The notes: generated from the letters alone by a model not told the origin. DNA of 64,000 nucleotides from Leucoraja erinacea (GCF_028641065.1 NC_073384.1:57412001-57476000), one strand, 5' to 3'; numbered from the stretch's first letter, positions 26,110 to 38,589 are shown. Translations and numbers: made by a program.

Positions 26110-26533
26110 TACTCTCTAGAATTTAGAAGATTGAGAGGGGATCTTATAGAAACTTACAAAATTCTTAAGGGGTTGGACAGGCTAGATGCAGGAAGATTGT
26201 TCCCGATGTTAGGGAAGTCCAGGACAAGGGGTCACAGCTTAAGTATAAGGGGGAAATCCTTTAAAACCGAGATGAGAAGAACTTTTTTCACACAGAGAGT
26301 GGTGAATCTCTGGAACTCTCTGCCGCAGAGGGTAGTTGAGGCCAGTTCATTGGCTATATTTAAGAGGGAGTTAGATGTGGCCCTTGTGGCTAAGGGGATC
26401 AGGGGTATGGAGAGAAGGCAGGTACGGGATACTGAGTTGGATGATCAGCCATGATCATATTGAATGGCGGTGCAGGCTCGAAGGGCCGAATGGCCTACTC
26501 CTTCACATAATTTCTATGTTTCTATGTTTCTAT
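26110..26533 (+). mobile_element. Young CR1 (HER1-like) 3' end
   Basis: YSLEFRRLRGDLIETYKIL.. and a ttctatgt tail. Confidence 0.95.
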
Positions 26534-26649
26534 CACCCCTCAGCTTCCTTCAGCCTATCCATTCCCTTCATATAACTCAAGCCCTACAGTACAGGCAACA
26601 TTTTTGTACATCTTTTTTGCACACTCTTCAGCTTAATTACGTTCTTCCT

Positions 26650-26870
26650 TCTGGGGTTGTTTTTTCCTTTTTTGTGTCTTTCTCAAAATTCTTTCTTTTC
26701 TTTTTCTTTTCTTCTTTCTTTCCCTTTTTCCTTTTTCCTTTTTTCCGATTTAGTTATTAGTTTATAAAATGTTAAAATTGAAGCAGTACGAAAATTGTAT
26801 AATTGTTATGTCGATTAATTTTTCTTTGTACAATTGCTTCCAATAAAATAAATACTTAAAAAAAAATAAT
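26650..26870 (+). mobile_element. Probable L1-like 3' UTR remnant
   Basis: T-rich tract, aattgaagcagtac, AATAAA and an A-tail. Same layout as 30170-30445. Confidence 0.55.
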
Positions 26871-26889
26871 AATAATAATAATAATTACA

Positions 26890-27520
26890 TTCTTCCAGTA
26901 ACGCGGTGACCAGAAGTGCACACAATACTCCAACTGTGGTCTCATCAATGTCATGTACAACTGTCACATAACATCCCAACTCCTGTGTAGGAAGGAACTG
27001 CAGATGCTGGTTTAAACCAAAGATAGACACAAAAACTGGAGTAACTCAGCAGGTTAGACTACATCCCTGGAGAAGAGACCTCCCACCAGAGATGCTGTCT
27101 GACCTGCTGAGTTACTCCAGCTTTTTGTGTCTATCCCAACTCCCGTACTCAGCGCTCTATCTAATGAAGGTAAGCATGTCGTATGGATTCTTCACTACCC
27201 TGTCCATCTGTTTTTCTACTTTCATGAAACTTTGTACTTGTAGCTCTTGGTTTTCTCTATTCTGTTATAGTTTCCAGCCCCTTGCCATTCACTGTATACG
27301 CCCTGCTCAGGATTAACTTCCCAAAATGCATCATGTTACAGTTGTCCGAGTTCAATTCCATCTGTCATTTCTTTGCCCACTTTCCCAGCAGATCTAGATC
27401 CTATTGTAACCTTAGACAACATTCTTCACTATTCACGATGCCAGCAATTTGGTGTCATCGGCAAATTTATTAATCATGCCACTTTCATTCTCATCATTAA
27501 AATATATGACAAGCAACAGA
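26890..27520 (-). mobile_element. Old CR1 RT fragment
   Basis: INKFADDTKL motif. Confidence 0.8.
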
Positions 27521-27569
27521 CGATCCCTCCACCAATAAAAGCACAACTGATTCGACCAGCGCAGTAAGT

Positions 27570-28464
27570 ATGAACAATCCCCGTGCCACAGGCGTCCATA
27601 CTCCGTGGAAGCCCCATGAAATAATGGCAGTATTAAACAAATTCCCTGATAGAAAGAAGTCACCTGCTGCCTTTATAGACTATTTGAGAACCACAATGCG
27701 TGTATATCATGCAGATTCCCGGGATTTATGGAAGACCATACAACAGATAATTACTCCAGCTGAAAATACTAAATTTCTAGTAGCCCTAGGACACCCAACA
27801 TGAAGCCTTGGCAAACATAGTAATGGATGACAGTGCAAGAGAAGAGGCTGTTTTAACAGCCCTTGCATACACGTTTCAAACAGCAAGCGATCTAACACGA
27901 ATTCTGGAAAGAAAACCAGAAAAGGGTGAATTTTTAGACCGTTTTTCAAAATTATCCATGGACCAATCAGGTGACTTAAACTATCAAAATGGAGCAAGTT
28001 CCCCACAATATTGTGCTATCTTATTGAATTGGCTTCCCACTACAGTAGCGGACTCAATTAAGACTGATAACAGGGACTGGTCTGAGAACTGCGCCAGTCA
28101 AATGGCCAGAGCTGTGAGGCACTATTGGAAGGATGGTAGGAAACAGGAACATTATCCTGTAACTAGAAGAGAAACTGAACATATGGTTAAGAAGGAAGAA
28201 CCAAGCTCTGACTCAGGACCACGGAGTCCCCAAATGTTAGTGAGGAACGGAATGGGAGAAATTAGAGTCCCAGACTCATCAGATTATTATTACAATTATA
28301 CTCCCAATCTAGAACCCATTCCAATGGAACAAAGGGGTAAAACAAAGCCAACCATATTATCTAATCAATGTTACACTTGTGGGGGAATGGGACACTGGAG
28401 TCGAGCCTGTCCGACAAGGGAGCGAGTGAGAGAGGGGTCAAAGAAAGGATTTCCAGGATTATGA
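27570..28464 (+). pseudogene. gag: Retroviral gag (capsid-nucleocapsid), frameshifted
   Basis: VHTPWKPHEIMAVLNKFPDRKKSP capsid-like start; CYTCGGMGHWSRAC zinc knuckle at 28369-28410; frame break near 27805. Confidence 0.8.
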
Positions 28465-29922
28465 AGAAATTAGAGATCCTAGAGGATATAGAAATATCTG
28501 AGATCCCAGGAATTATAGGAGGTCCTTCAATTCAAGAGACTACTGGGACCCGAGAGAAGAGAGAGAGAACTGGCCCGAATGTCAGGAACCAAGAAGCCAC
28601 ACACCGTTTACTCAAACCAACCCATTCTCTCAGTCACGACTTACCAACCCGTCCAGGAATTGTGGACGTGGAGACATGACCCCTACTCTAGAACCCCCTT
28701 AAGTAATTCACCAGAATGAACGAATTGGATGTACTATTGTAGTAAAAACTGAAGATCACATAAAAGAAAATTGTAAACAATCTTATCACTGCCCAAGAAA
28801 ACCCCTTAGAGCAAAGAACATTGTAAATCAAGGAGCTTGTCACAACTGTACACAATTAGGTCATTGGAGTAGGGAGTGCCCAATGAGAAGACAGAATATA
28901 GCAGAACGGAAGAGAAACCAAGGGGGCAATAAAGAAAGTAAGAAAATGAACCCAGTAGCTGGTGTCAGAAAGAATAAGATCAAAAGGAACCTAAACTGGC
29001 ACTAGGGAGAGAAGAAACAAAGTTACTGTGCAGGAGGTACAGGAGTAGGGAAAGGAGCTATTGTACTAACTTGTTACTAAGTTGTTGTACCTTCAGGACA
29101 GTATAATCTACAGCATACTACTATCTGGAGAATGAGGTAAAGAGAATGTGGACCCTTTAGAACGGCAGAAGACACAGCTCAGGTAAGGTAGTTCCCCAGT
29201 AACAAGGAGGAAATGATACTGTCCTGTCCCTTTAAGACACATCTGGGAAGGCCAACAGTTAGAGAAGGCTGCTCCTCAGTATCCCTACTCTTTGAAACTA
29301 ACATCGAGGAAGAAGAAGATACCTACCCTGGTGCCCAACTTTAACATCATCTAGCTGTTGACACCAGTGAATGAGAAAGAACATAACAGCATCCAACCTT
29401 TTCTAACAGATACAGACAACCTATGACAACTATCTAATTTGAAGAATTGAATTTAAAGTTGAAAATAGACACTCCTCTGTGGCTCGGGGCAAAATACTCA
29501 CTTTGCGCCTAAATTTTGTTATAAAAATAAATTGATTTGAAAAAGGGCTTATGGGGTATAGTCTTAAAAAATTATTAGAGGATTGATAGTTGACTTTGCA
29601 TTCTTCTCGTCTCACCCACAGGACGATAATCGAAGATGGGACGGGACTATTTAGTTTCTATCAAGAAAGGGACAGACCCTAGCGGATATCAGGAATTAAG
29701 ACATACCCTGGAAACGTAAGGTAGTGGTATAAAATGATGAGGTAGACTGAAAATTTAGATAGTGAGTTCCCCTCGGAAGGTCAATACTAACCATCCAGAA
29801 AGAGTTTCTTAGAGGTAAAAGGAAAATAGTTATGAGGAAGAACCCCTATGGACTGAGAGCTGAGCCAACATACTAAGGAAGAAGTACTGGAGGAGAAATC
29901 TATAATTAAAAAGAGGAATAAA

Positions 29923-30444
29923 ATAAAAATGTGGATATCAAATATGTTTGAAACATTACATCTGGAAGAGATGAGATTCCTCTTAGCAGGTAAAGCAGAC
30001 CAATTCCAAAAGACGTGGTCTATGTTTCTGGACCTATTACAAGTATGAGGTGCAATAGTAATTTAAATAAACAAATAAATAAATAAGTGGTATCAGGACC
30101 TGGTAACGGGAGGTAAAACAACAAAAACAGACTTAGTTGGTAGTCCCCTTTCTGTGGAGTTTAATGTTATAATAGAGCGATTGTTCCTATTTTCTTTTTC
30201 TTTCTTTTCTAGGATCTATTTTCTCACTTTACTTCCTTCTCTAACTTCTTTTCTAAGGGGCTTTCTTTTCCCAACACTCTTGCACTTCACGACTCTCGCG
30301 CACTTTCTTTACTTTCCTTACTTCTACCTTTTTCTTAAAGCTCAAAAAAAATGAAGCGGTACAAAAAATGTATTAAGATATATGTGTTGTGTAGTATTGT
30401 AATTTACCGTACTTCTAATAAAAATAAAATTAAAAAAAAAAAAA
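29923..30444 (+). mobile_element. 5'-truncated L1-clade LINE inserted in the ERV
   Basis: 15-bp TSD aaaaagaggaataaa (29908-29922 and 30445-30459) at a TT|AAAA site. ORF2 end KMWISNMFETLHLEEMRFLLAGKADQFQKTWSMFLDLLQV*, T-rich UTR, AATAAA, poly(A). Confidence 0.88.
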
Positions 30445-31331
30445 AAAAAGAGGAATAAAGAAATGGGTGTTGAGATATCAGTCGATGTATTTGACCGGTG
30501 GATCTAAATTGTTTGACCCTTGATAGTAAAGCGGCTTCTATTGTCAAGATGGAAAGAAATTGTCCCTGGATTCGGCATCCTTAAATGGCTTGATGATAAA
30601 ATTGACAACATATGGAAATTGATTGATTAAATTTGAACATCTGGGAATTCCACAGGAATTGGAATGGAATTGTGTTATCGACCACAAGCTGTGGAATGAG
30701 GAGGATGAGATGGGCCCTGAAACCTAAAATATTAAATTGAAGGTTGAGACTGAATTTGGTTGAATTTAAATATTTTTCATGGTTTGCTTTAAATAAAAGT
30801 CACGCCTGTTGGGAAATCTGGCCTGAACCCAGCTGAAATTTATATGAAAAACCATCATCAGCTATACATTAAAGAACATTGTGTGATTACGGAGAGGGCT
30901 GATTAGTGTTGATCCTGATTAGTGTTGATCTTAGTAAAGAGTATATTACAGAACAGAATAGTAATAGGAATACAGTGATAGAGCAGAATATAGTAGGGAT
31001 AGTTATAGTGAAATGGAAAAGGCATAGTGTTGATAGAATGGGAATAGTACAGTGAATGTATGGTAAAGCACTAGAGCATGAATGATAACTTGCTTTGTCC
31101 AGGTTTTTCAGGAATTATAGGTTGGACTATGGAAATGGATGGAAGAATGGGCAACAACATGGATGGAAGGAATTTGCGCCCACGAAAACTCGGGAAGCTT
31201 GATAAGCTTTTGGGAAGAAATATTATCGTCTTCTTGTTGTTAATGGATAATGACACACATATGTATATCTGATTATCTGATTATTTGGTTATCATCAATG
31301 ATGGTTTATCATATATGATAAAAGGAAGGAA

Positions 31332-32086
31332 TGTTAATTCTGGCCAAATTGGAGATGCCAGGACTAAAATTGAGTAAAGGCTGGGCTGCTAGGCCATTTG
31401 ATCAATTTAAATGTGCCTTCTGCAGAAATAGGACAAGCTGCAGAATGGTGCCAGCTTGTCTAGAGCCTAGATAAGAGTTGCAGGACGAGAATGGAACATC
31501 TGCAGATTCTTACAATTAGGTGTAAATTGCATGAAACGGATTGGGTGAATGCAAACCAGACATATACATTGTAAATATTGTTACAAAGCTTTACTTTGCT
31601 AGATGTTGATTGGGTTAAGTGTTGAGCCTTGTCTGGGTTTCTTGAATATCCAGGCACATGTTGCATAATTCATCTCTGTTAACTTGTATCTAGAAACTTT
31701 GTCAGATGCTTTGTATTAGTCACTGTATTATTGGGGTTAGGGAAATGTCTATCATGTACTGTGTTAATCGATATCTGTTATTGGACTGTATAGAGACCAC
31801 CCCTATGTGGTTTGGCCCCTCAAGGTTCGGGAACCTATAAAAGGCCGTTCCCACAAGCCCCTGTGTCGATCTTCTGGGAGAACGTTTAGGACTGGGTGAC
31901 CTTCTTGAGTGTCTCTGCTTGCACGAGGCTAGGAGGGCTTGGCCAGATAGATACAAGAATCGAACCCGCAGTGGTTAGGTATAGTAGTGGGGAACTGTTA
32001 TTGTGTTTTACCAAAATAAAGTTTAGATGCACAAGTGCTTCTCAGTGGTTTTTGACTGAAACTAGACTGGGGGGAAGCTTAGAACA
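31332..32086 (+). mobile_element. 3' LTR, 755 bp
   Basis: TGTT...AACA termini directly after the polypurine tract; TATAAAA at 31836; AATAAA at 32015. Confidence 0.8.
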
Positions 32087-32308
32087 AGCTATTTACACTG
32101 TGAGGCAGCAGATCTACCAACGGCGGCAATGTGCTGCTTTAGTCTGTATGGTGTGTAAAAATAATGATCACTGGCAAACATTCTTGTGGACAAAATTTGC
32201 ATTATCTCGCAGTAAAACAGATTTTATGAACTGCGAGGAAGAATTTTATCTACGCATTTTAGCAGAGAAACATGCGAAAGGTAAAATAAAATGCAAACGT
32301 GGACTTAC

Positions 32309-32433
32309 CCACGACTGAAGGGAACCACCGTCCACGGGTGTCCTGAGACATCGAGTAGAGATCTGTTCTGCACGCATTAGATACTCTGCAGTCTTCTTTT
32401 TCACTGCTTCTCGGCGACTCGGACTCGATTCAC
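32309..32433 (-). CDS. RPS6KC1: RPS6KC1 coding exon (MIT domain C-terminal half), 125 nt
   Basis: tatatccag|GTGAATCG...TCGTGG|gtaagt. Encodes (G)ESSPSRREAVKKKTAEYLMRAEQISTRCLRTPVDGGSLQSW. Phase 1-0. Confidence 0.95.
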
Positions 32434-32734
32434 CTGGATATACCAAAGATATTCAGAAACATTTTAATTTATTGAACCTGTATCCTAAAACAGCTTGAAA
32501 AACGTGTTCATTCTCAGCAACTGCAAATTTCTGAAAGGTGTCATGCAATGAATTCTATGGCAGGCAGTTTTCAAATTGAAACTAATGTCACAAATGGCAC
32601 AAGTAATTACCATCTGTGAAAACAATATACTTTTTGGCTACATCACCATGCATTGGCTATAGTAATTAGCTCAATGAAGGCACAATACAAACACTTCATG
32701 TGACTCAGTGAAGTAGGACTTTCAGCCACACTGA

Positions 32735-32833
32735 AGATAGACACAGATTGAAGCTGGAGTAACTCAGTGGGTCAGGCAGCATCTCTGGAGAGAAGGAATG
32801 GGTGACCTTTCGGGTCGAGACCCTTCTTCAGAC
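32735..32833 (-). mobile_element. Penelope-type pLTR fragment with a minimal hammerhead-like core
   Basis: ctgaagaagggtctcgacccgaaaggtca on the minus strand, followed by the gatgctgcctgacc..gagttactccagc family motif. Confidence 0.7.
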
Positions 32834-33377
32834 ACACTGCCCCCACTTTAATCATGTAAAAATATAAATGATTTCTCTTGATTAAATATTCAAATCCTTT
32901 TTTTAAGGCACACCAAAAATCAATATTCAAAATGTTTAATGTCATGGCTGATAATAGTACAGATGTGTTTCAAAACAAAGTCCATATTATTTATTGGCTA
33001 TCACCGTGCACTGTGTATTTGAGTGATGGAGAAGTATAGTGCATCTGAACACACTTTTTGTGCACGCTTTTGTCTTCACACCCTTCTCGCGCCAGAGATC
33101 ACTCATACAATGGAGAATGTTGGTTCAGGTAGTGTCCATTGCAGCCATGAATGAAGATTTTTTTACATTTTTCCTTTAAAAATGCAAGTCAGGACGTGTG
33201 GAATGAATTGTGGTTGTGCATCCAGTTATGCCTCAAGCTCCAACTCTACTTCACCCTAAAGACACACATAGTCAACTATGTAAGAATCATTTGCTCACCA
33301 AGATAAATGGGTTGGATTGACTGACCCTCTTCCATTTTGCCCAATATATTGAAATAAAAACAATTTATAAGCAGTTC

Positions 33378-33719
33378 CATATAACCATATAACCATATAA
33401 CAATTACAGCACGGAAACAGGCCATCTCGGCCCTACAAGTCCATGCCGAACAATTTTTTTTTCCCCCTTAGTCCCACCTGCCTGCACTCATACCATAACC
33501 CTCCATTCCCTTCTCATCCATATGCCTATCCAATTTATTTTTAAATGATACCAATGAACCTGCCTCCACCACTTCCACTGGAAGCTCGTTCCACACCGCC
33601 ACCACTCTCTGCGTAAAGAAGTTCCCCCTCATATTACCCCTAAACTTCTGTCCCTTAATTCTGAAGTCATGTCCTCTTGTTTGAATCTTCCCTATTCTCA
33701 AAGGGAAAAGCTTGTCCAT
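33378..33719 (-). mobile_element. Young CR1 3' end, (ggttatat)n-tail family
   Basis: Nearly identical to 57144-57490. Confidence 0.95.
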
Positions 33720-34004
33720 TGATAGTTCCTATCAACCTTTCCTTTTGTAAGTTCCTCAATAACACAAACTAATTGCAATGCTGAAAATACAGGAACGCCA
33801 TAGAAGACACTGGACTTGTAGGCATTATATTAACACTAAACTGAGGATGTTACCCCAGCATTACAGCAAACTACTAAATATACGCAACTATGGAAACCAA
33901 TGTATATCAAAAATACATGAATATTTATTGCATTAATCAGAGAGCATGTGATGAAAATCAAAACTTTATCAACCAAACAAAACACATTTGCTAGCTTGAT
34001 TGTT

Positions 34005-34420
34005 GCAAAATGCTAAAGTAACTCAGTTTGATCAGGCAGCATCTCTGGAGAAAATGGATAGGTGACGTTTCGGGATGGAACCCTTCTTCAATGTCAGTGT
34101 CTGAAGAAGGGTTCAACCCAAAACGTCACCTATCCATTTTCAATAGACAATAGGTACAGGAGTAGGCCATTCGGCCGTTCGAACCATCACCACCATTCAC
34201 TTTGATCATGGCTGATCATCCACAATCAGTACCCCGTTCCTGCTCTCTCCCCATATCCCTTGACTCCGCTATCTTTAAGAGCTCTATCTAACTCTCTCTT
34301 GAAAGCATCCAGAGAATTGGCCTTCACTGCCTTCTGAGGCAGAGATGCTGCCTGACCCGCTGAGTTACCCCAACATTTTGTGTCTATCTTTTGTCTAAAC
34401 CAGCAACTGCAGTTCCTTTT
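34005..34420. mobile_element. Inverted pair of Penelope-type pLTR fragments, interrupted by a CR1 3' end (34142-34340)
   Basis: Palindromic arrangement centred near 34095, with ctgaagaaggg...aaacgtca-type cores on both strands. Confidence 0.7.
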
Positions 34421-34626
34421 TATTATATTCAGTGTTCAATTGGAAAGATGGTTTCTGAATCAGATATTCTAATATACAATATTTAATTAACTGCAGGCGA
34501 GAATTCAAGATTCAAGATTCAAGAGAGTTTATTGTCATGTGTGCCTGATAGGACAATGCAATTCTTGCTTTGCTTCAGCACAACAGAACATAGTAGGCAT
34601 TAACTAAGAATGTGCTTAAATCATAA

Positions 34627-35278
34627 AAGTCAAAGTCAAAGTATCCTTTATTGTCATTCTGACCTTTCGGTCTGAACAAAATTTCGTTGCCTATAATAAA
34701 AATAACAAAACACACAATAAACACAAATTTAAAATCCACCACAGTGAGTCCACCAGGCACCTCCTCACTGTGATGGAAGGCAAAAGTCTTAAAGTCTTTG
34801 TCTCTTCCCTCCTTGTTCTCCCTCTGCGTTGAGGCGATCCAGGCCTCCGATGTTGTGACCCCACCGGCTGATGGTAAGTAAGTCCCGCGGCTCAACCGAG
34901 CTCCGCAAACGGGCCGGCTCAAACTCCGCGGCCTGGGGCGGTTGAAGCTGCCGCCCTCCAGTCCAGCGGACGAAGCTGTTGTTGCGGGAGCTCCGGAAAA
35001 ACAGGTCACCAACCTGTGACCTGCGAGCTCCTGATGATGTCGTCCACTGGGCCCACGGCCGAGCCTCCAAAGTCGGCCATCCAGCCTTGTCGCCTCCGGA
35101 ACGCCAGAACGCCTCCACAGCTCCAAGTCAGGCCGCCGCCGGAACGCCGGAGTGCCGCCACAGCTCCGTCGGGCTGCAGCCAGGAACGACGGAACGCCAC
35201 CACAGCCCCGAGGCCGCCAGCTCCACCATTAGGCCTCAGCGCCGACGGAGACAGAGGACACGGGGGGACACGACAAAT
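34627..35278 (-). mobile_element. Unclassified GC-rich retroposon with a (gacttt)n tail
   Basis: Shares ctgtgatggaaggcaaaagt and ccaccacag motifs with 10690-10855. Nested next to a Rex1/L2-type tail at 34503. Confidence 0.55.
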
Positions 35279-36029
35279 TATAATAATGCTGCAACTTCCT
35301 CTGTACCAATTATGACCCTTCTCAACCTCTGTACACTATTAAAATATATTTGGAGAGATTGGTGGATAGGATAGGTTTAGAGGGTTATGGGCCAAACACG
35401 GGCAAATGGGACCCACTTAGATGGACATCTTGATCAACTTGGATAAGTTGGGCCAAAGGGCCCGTTTCTGTGCTGTATGAATTTATGAGATATAAGACCA
35501 TGTTCAATGGAATCAAAGATAGACACAAAATGCTTGAGTAGCTCAGTTGGTCAGGCAGCATCTCTAGAGAGAAGGAAAAGGTAACATTTTGGTCGGAAGC
35601 TTTCTTGAGACTGAAAGATAGAGGTGGGGCGGAAAGCATTTCAAATTTTGACCAATAATATTTTCTCTCAGGTAATTAAATAAAATAACCTCAAAAATAT
35701 CATAAAAACAGCATCATTTTTAAGAAATTCTGAAAAGGGTCTCGACCCGAAACTTCGCCTACTACTTTTCTCCATAGATGCTGCCTAAACCGCTGAGTTT
35801 CTCCAGCATTTTTTGTCCACTTATAATTTTTAAGAAAGTTATCTTAAGGATGTTGAGGTTAATCCGCATAATTTCACAGAGACTGAGCGCCTGTGGAAAT
35901 TGCTGAGGCCAATACGTTGTCGATGTTCACGGCTACATAGTGTGGGAGATATGTGTAGCAACATCTCCCACAAAAGCCTCTGGGGAACAAAAATCATGAT
36001 GATCTGGAAACTACAATAAAAGTCTATAC

Positions 36030-36370
36030 CATCGGGCAAAAGGTATAGAAGTGTGAAAACGCACACCTCCAGATTCAGGGGCAGTTTCTTCCCAGCTGTT
36101 ATCAGGCAACTGAACCATCCTCCCGCAATTAGAGAGCTGTCCTGAACTACTATCTACCTCACTGGTGTCCCTCGGACTATCTTTGAACGGACTTTACTGG
36201 CTTTATCTTACAATAAACATTATTCCCTTATCATGTATCGGTACACTGTGAATGGCTCGAATGTAATCATGTATTGAGTTCCTCCGCTGACTAGTCAGCA
36301 CGCAACAAAAACTTTTCACTGTACTTCGGTACACGTGACAATAAACTAAAACTGAACTGAAACTAAACTA
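36030..36370 (+). mobile_element. Rex1/L2-type LINE 3' end
   Basis: PSGKRYRSVKTHTSRFRGSFFPAVIRQLN, AATAAA and an aactg tail. Confidence 0.8.
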
Positions 36371-37254
36371 TAACTATTTAGCATTGCCTCACCAGATGAT
36401 ATTTGCTGCGCTCTCTTGAAACAAAGTCGACAAGGGCAACATTTTCTGTTTCGGCTTTGAGGAATCTTTGGATGGGGCATTCTGCAGAAGAGGTGATAGA
36501 ATAGGAGGAGCAAGGGGTTTCGAAGGGAACATGACGAGTGTGTGTCAATGTTCATGGCATCCCCCAGTATCACAGATGGAGCAGATTAGATTAGAGCAAT
36601 CCATGTCATTGGGCAGCTACAGTAGTCCCATATAAGCAATGGGGCAAGCTACAGGATAGATCCCTGTTATATAGCAGTTTCATGGGGCAGGGAAGATGTA
36701 GTTCATGCCTGAGGGAGGTATTTGATATTTGCAAACCACCCCGCTATTGACCATGATGGTAAACTGCTTTACTCATGACAAGGTTTAGAAGGAAACAACC
36801 TGAAAAAACAAAAAACAGATGTAGTTCATTGTCTGCGGTGCTATGGAATATATATAGGATGGATGACATGTGAATTCTTGCTTTGCTTCCATATAAATTC
36901 TCCTTCATTCAGTGGGAGGTCTGATCTCTACCAAATGGTAGCAGTTTGGTCCAAAGGAACAATGACCAAGCCAACAGTAGATCCACTTTGAGTAGATCAC
37001 TGCATACAGACACAGAGATTATAATCATTCACGGTTTATGGTTCCATAAGAGCAAAGGTGCCCGAATCAAGAGCCTAGCTATTCTCCAGGTATATGGAGT
37101 TGCAAATCACTTCCCTACAAGAGAAGAAAAAATGGTACACAGGAACATGCCTCACTTCTGCAGGAGTAGAAACATACCACCTCACTAGCGTACCACTTCA
37201 TCACGAGCAGCGTTCTGCGCAGGTTGCCTAGGAAGCTAACTCCAAAATGGTGGT

Positions 37255-37432
37255 TGAAGACAACAAACCTACGAACCTGTGCGTCCTTGGAGTGTGGGAG
37301 GAAACCGGACCACCCAGGGAAAACCCACGCGGTCACGGGGAGAATGTACAAACACCGTACAGACAGCACCCGTAGTCAGAATTGAACCCGGGTAGCTGGC
37401 GCTGTACAGCAGCGACTCTACCGCTGCGCCAT
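37255..37432 (-). mobile_element. V-SINE 5' part
   Basis: A and B boxes and V-domain. Confidence 0.85.
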
Positions 37433-38589
37433 CATGTCACCCATTTATATTGGTAAATCTACCGTTCTATTGCAGATAGGGTGCACTAAATGTCAGCCCT
37501 TTAAATTTGCCCTATTAATATTTCTCCATTTGCTGATACTATTTCTTGCTTGCCTTTTGTTCCATTGCCTATTTAATTTACACAGTACATATCTAATGTT
37601 CAACTCTCAATGTGTTGATCAGTCCACGGGGGGATTCTAAACTTCCAGTCATCTGTCACTTTCATTCTCTGTGCAACTCTGATTCCCATCCTCATCCTGT
37701 GTTGTTCCAATAATCCGCATCGTAAGCTGAGGGACAGCATCTCGTCTTCTCCCTGATTACACTACACCCTCTGAACTTAATATTGACCTCAGCAATTTTA
37801 AGTAACCATCTTTTTTTTAAGTTCCTCTCCACATACGTGGCTGCTACCTTTCTGCTGTAATAATTACCTGGATAACTTTGGTCTACACTATCAGATATGC
37901 CTTCTGATGTTTCCCCCCTTCCCCCTGTATGCTATTTAATAATGCTCACCTTTCCATTTTTCCCGTTCTAATGAAGGGTCCTTGACCTGAGGCGATGGAT
38001 CTGTTTCAATCACTACAGATGCTGCCAACCTGCTGCGTTGCTTTCTGCATTTCTATTTGTGTTTCCTATTTCCAGCTTGTTGCTCCAATTGCGTCTCTCT
38101 CCTTGCTGACTCTCCTTTGAGGTTCCCTTCTCTCCCTGCAAGCTCATTTAAACCCCTCCAATGTCAACAGACTGCCTCTTGAAATACACACATATGGAAG
38201 AAAGTAGCACTAGTTGTACTTGCAGTAGTGCACTCAGTGTTCAATGAAGGTAATGGGCTGCACACAAAAGCCCCTATTCATGCCATTAATGGATAGAACA
38301 TCTGATATCTGACTTATGAATTCATAGGTGATGGATAGATGCCAGGTTAACAACAGCCTCACTAAAATAAAGTGCCCAGGCCAATTTCACAATTGGCACC
38401 ATTTCTCCCACAAACAACTGAAAAAAAAATGTGTGCATGAACTGCCCTTGGAAAAACAGGCATTAATGGGTCCTATTTTCAGGCTATTGCGAATACACTT
38501 GATGGAATATAAAACTCTTAATTAATCTCCCAGTTTACAGGACTGCAAAAAAATGATATTCTTTGGAGTGAAAAGAACTGAAACAGGGA

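Larger units (their letters stand above)
27520..32086 (+). mobile_element. 5'-truncated non-autonomous endogenous retrovirus (class I/epsilon-like)
   Basis: Gag remnant with CCHC knuckles, polypurine tract aaaaggaaggaa and a 3' LTR. No recognisable pro, pol or env. Confidence 0.8.

Noticed and set aside
34575-35374. Overlapping 100-180 aa ORFs
   Set aside because: GC-rich repeat interior with no protein motifs.
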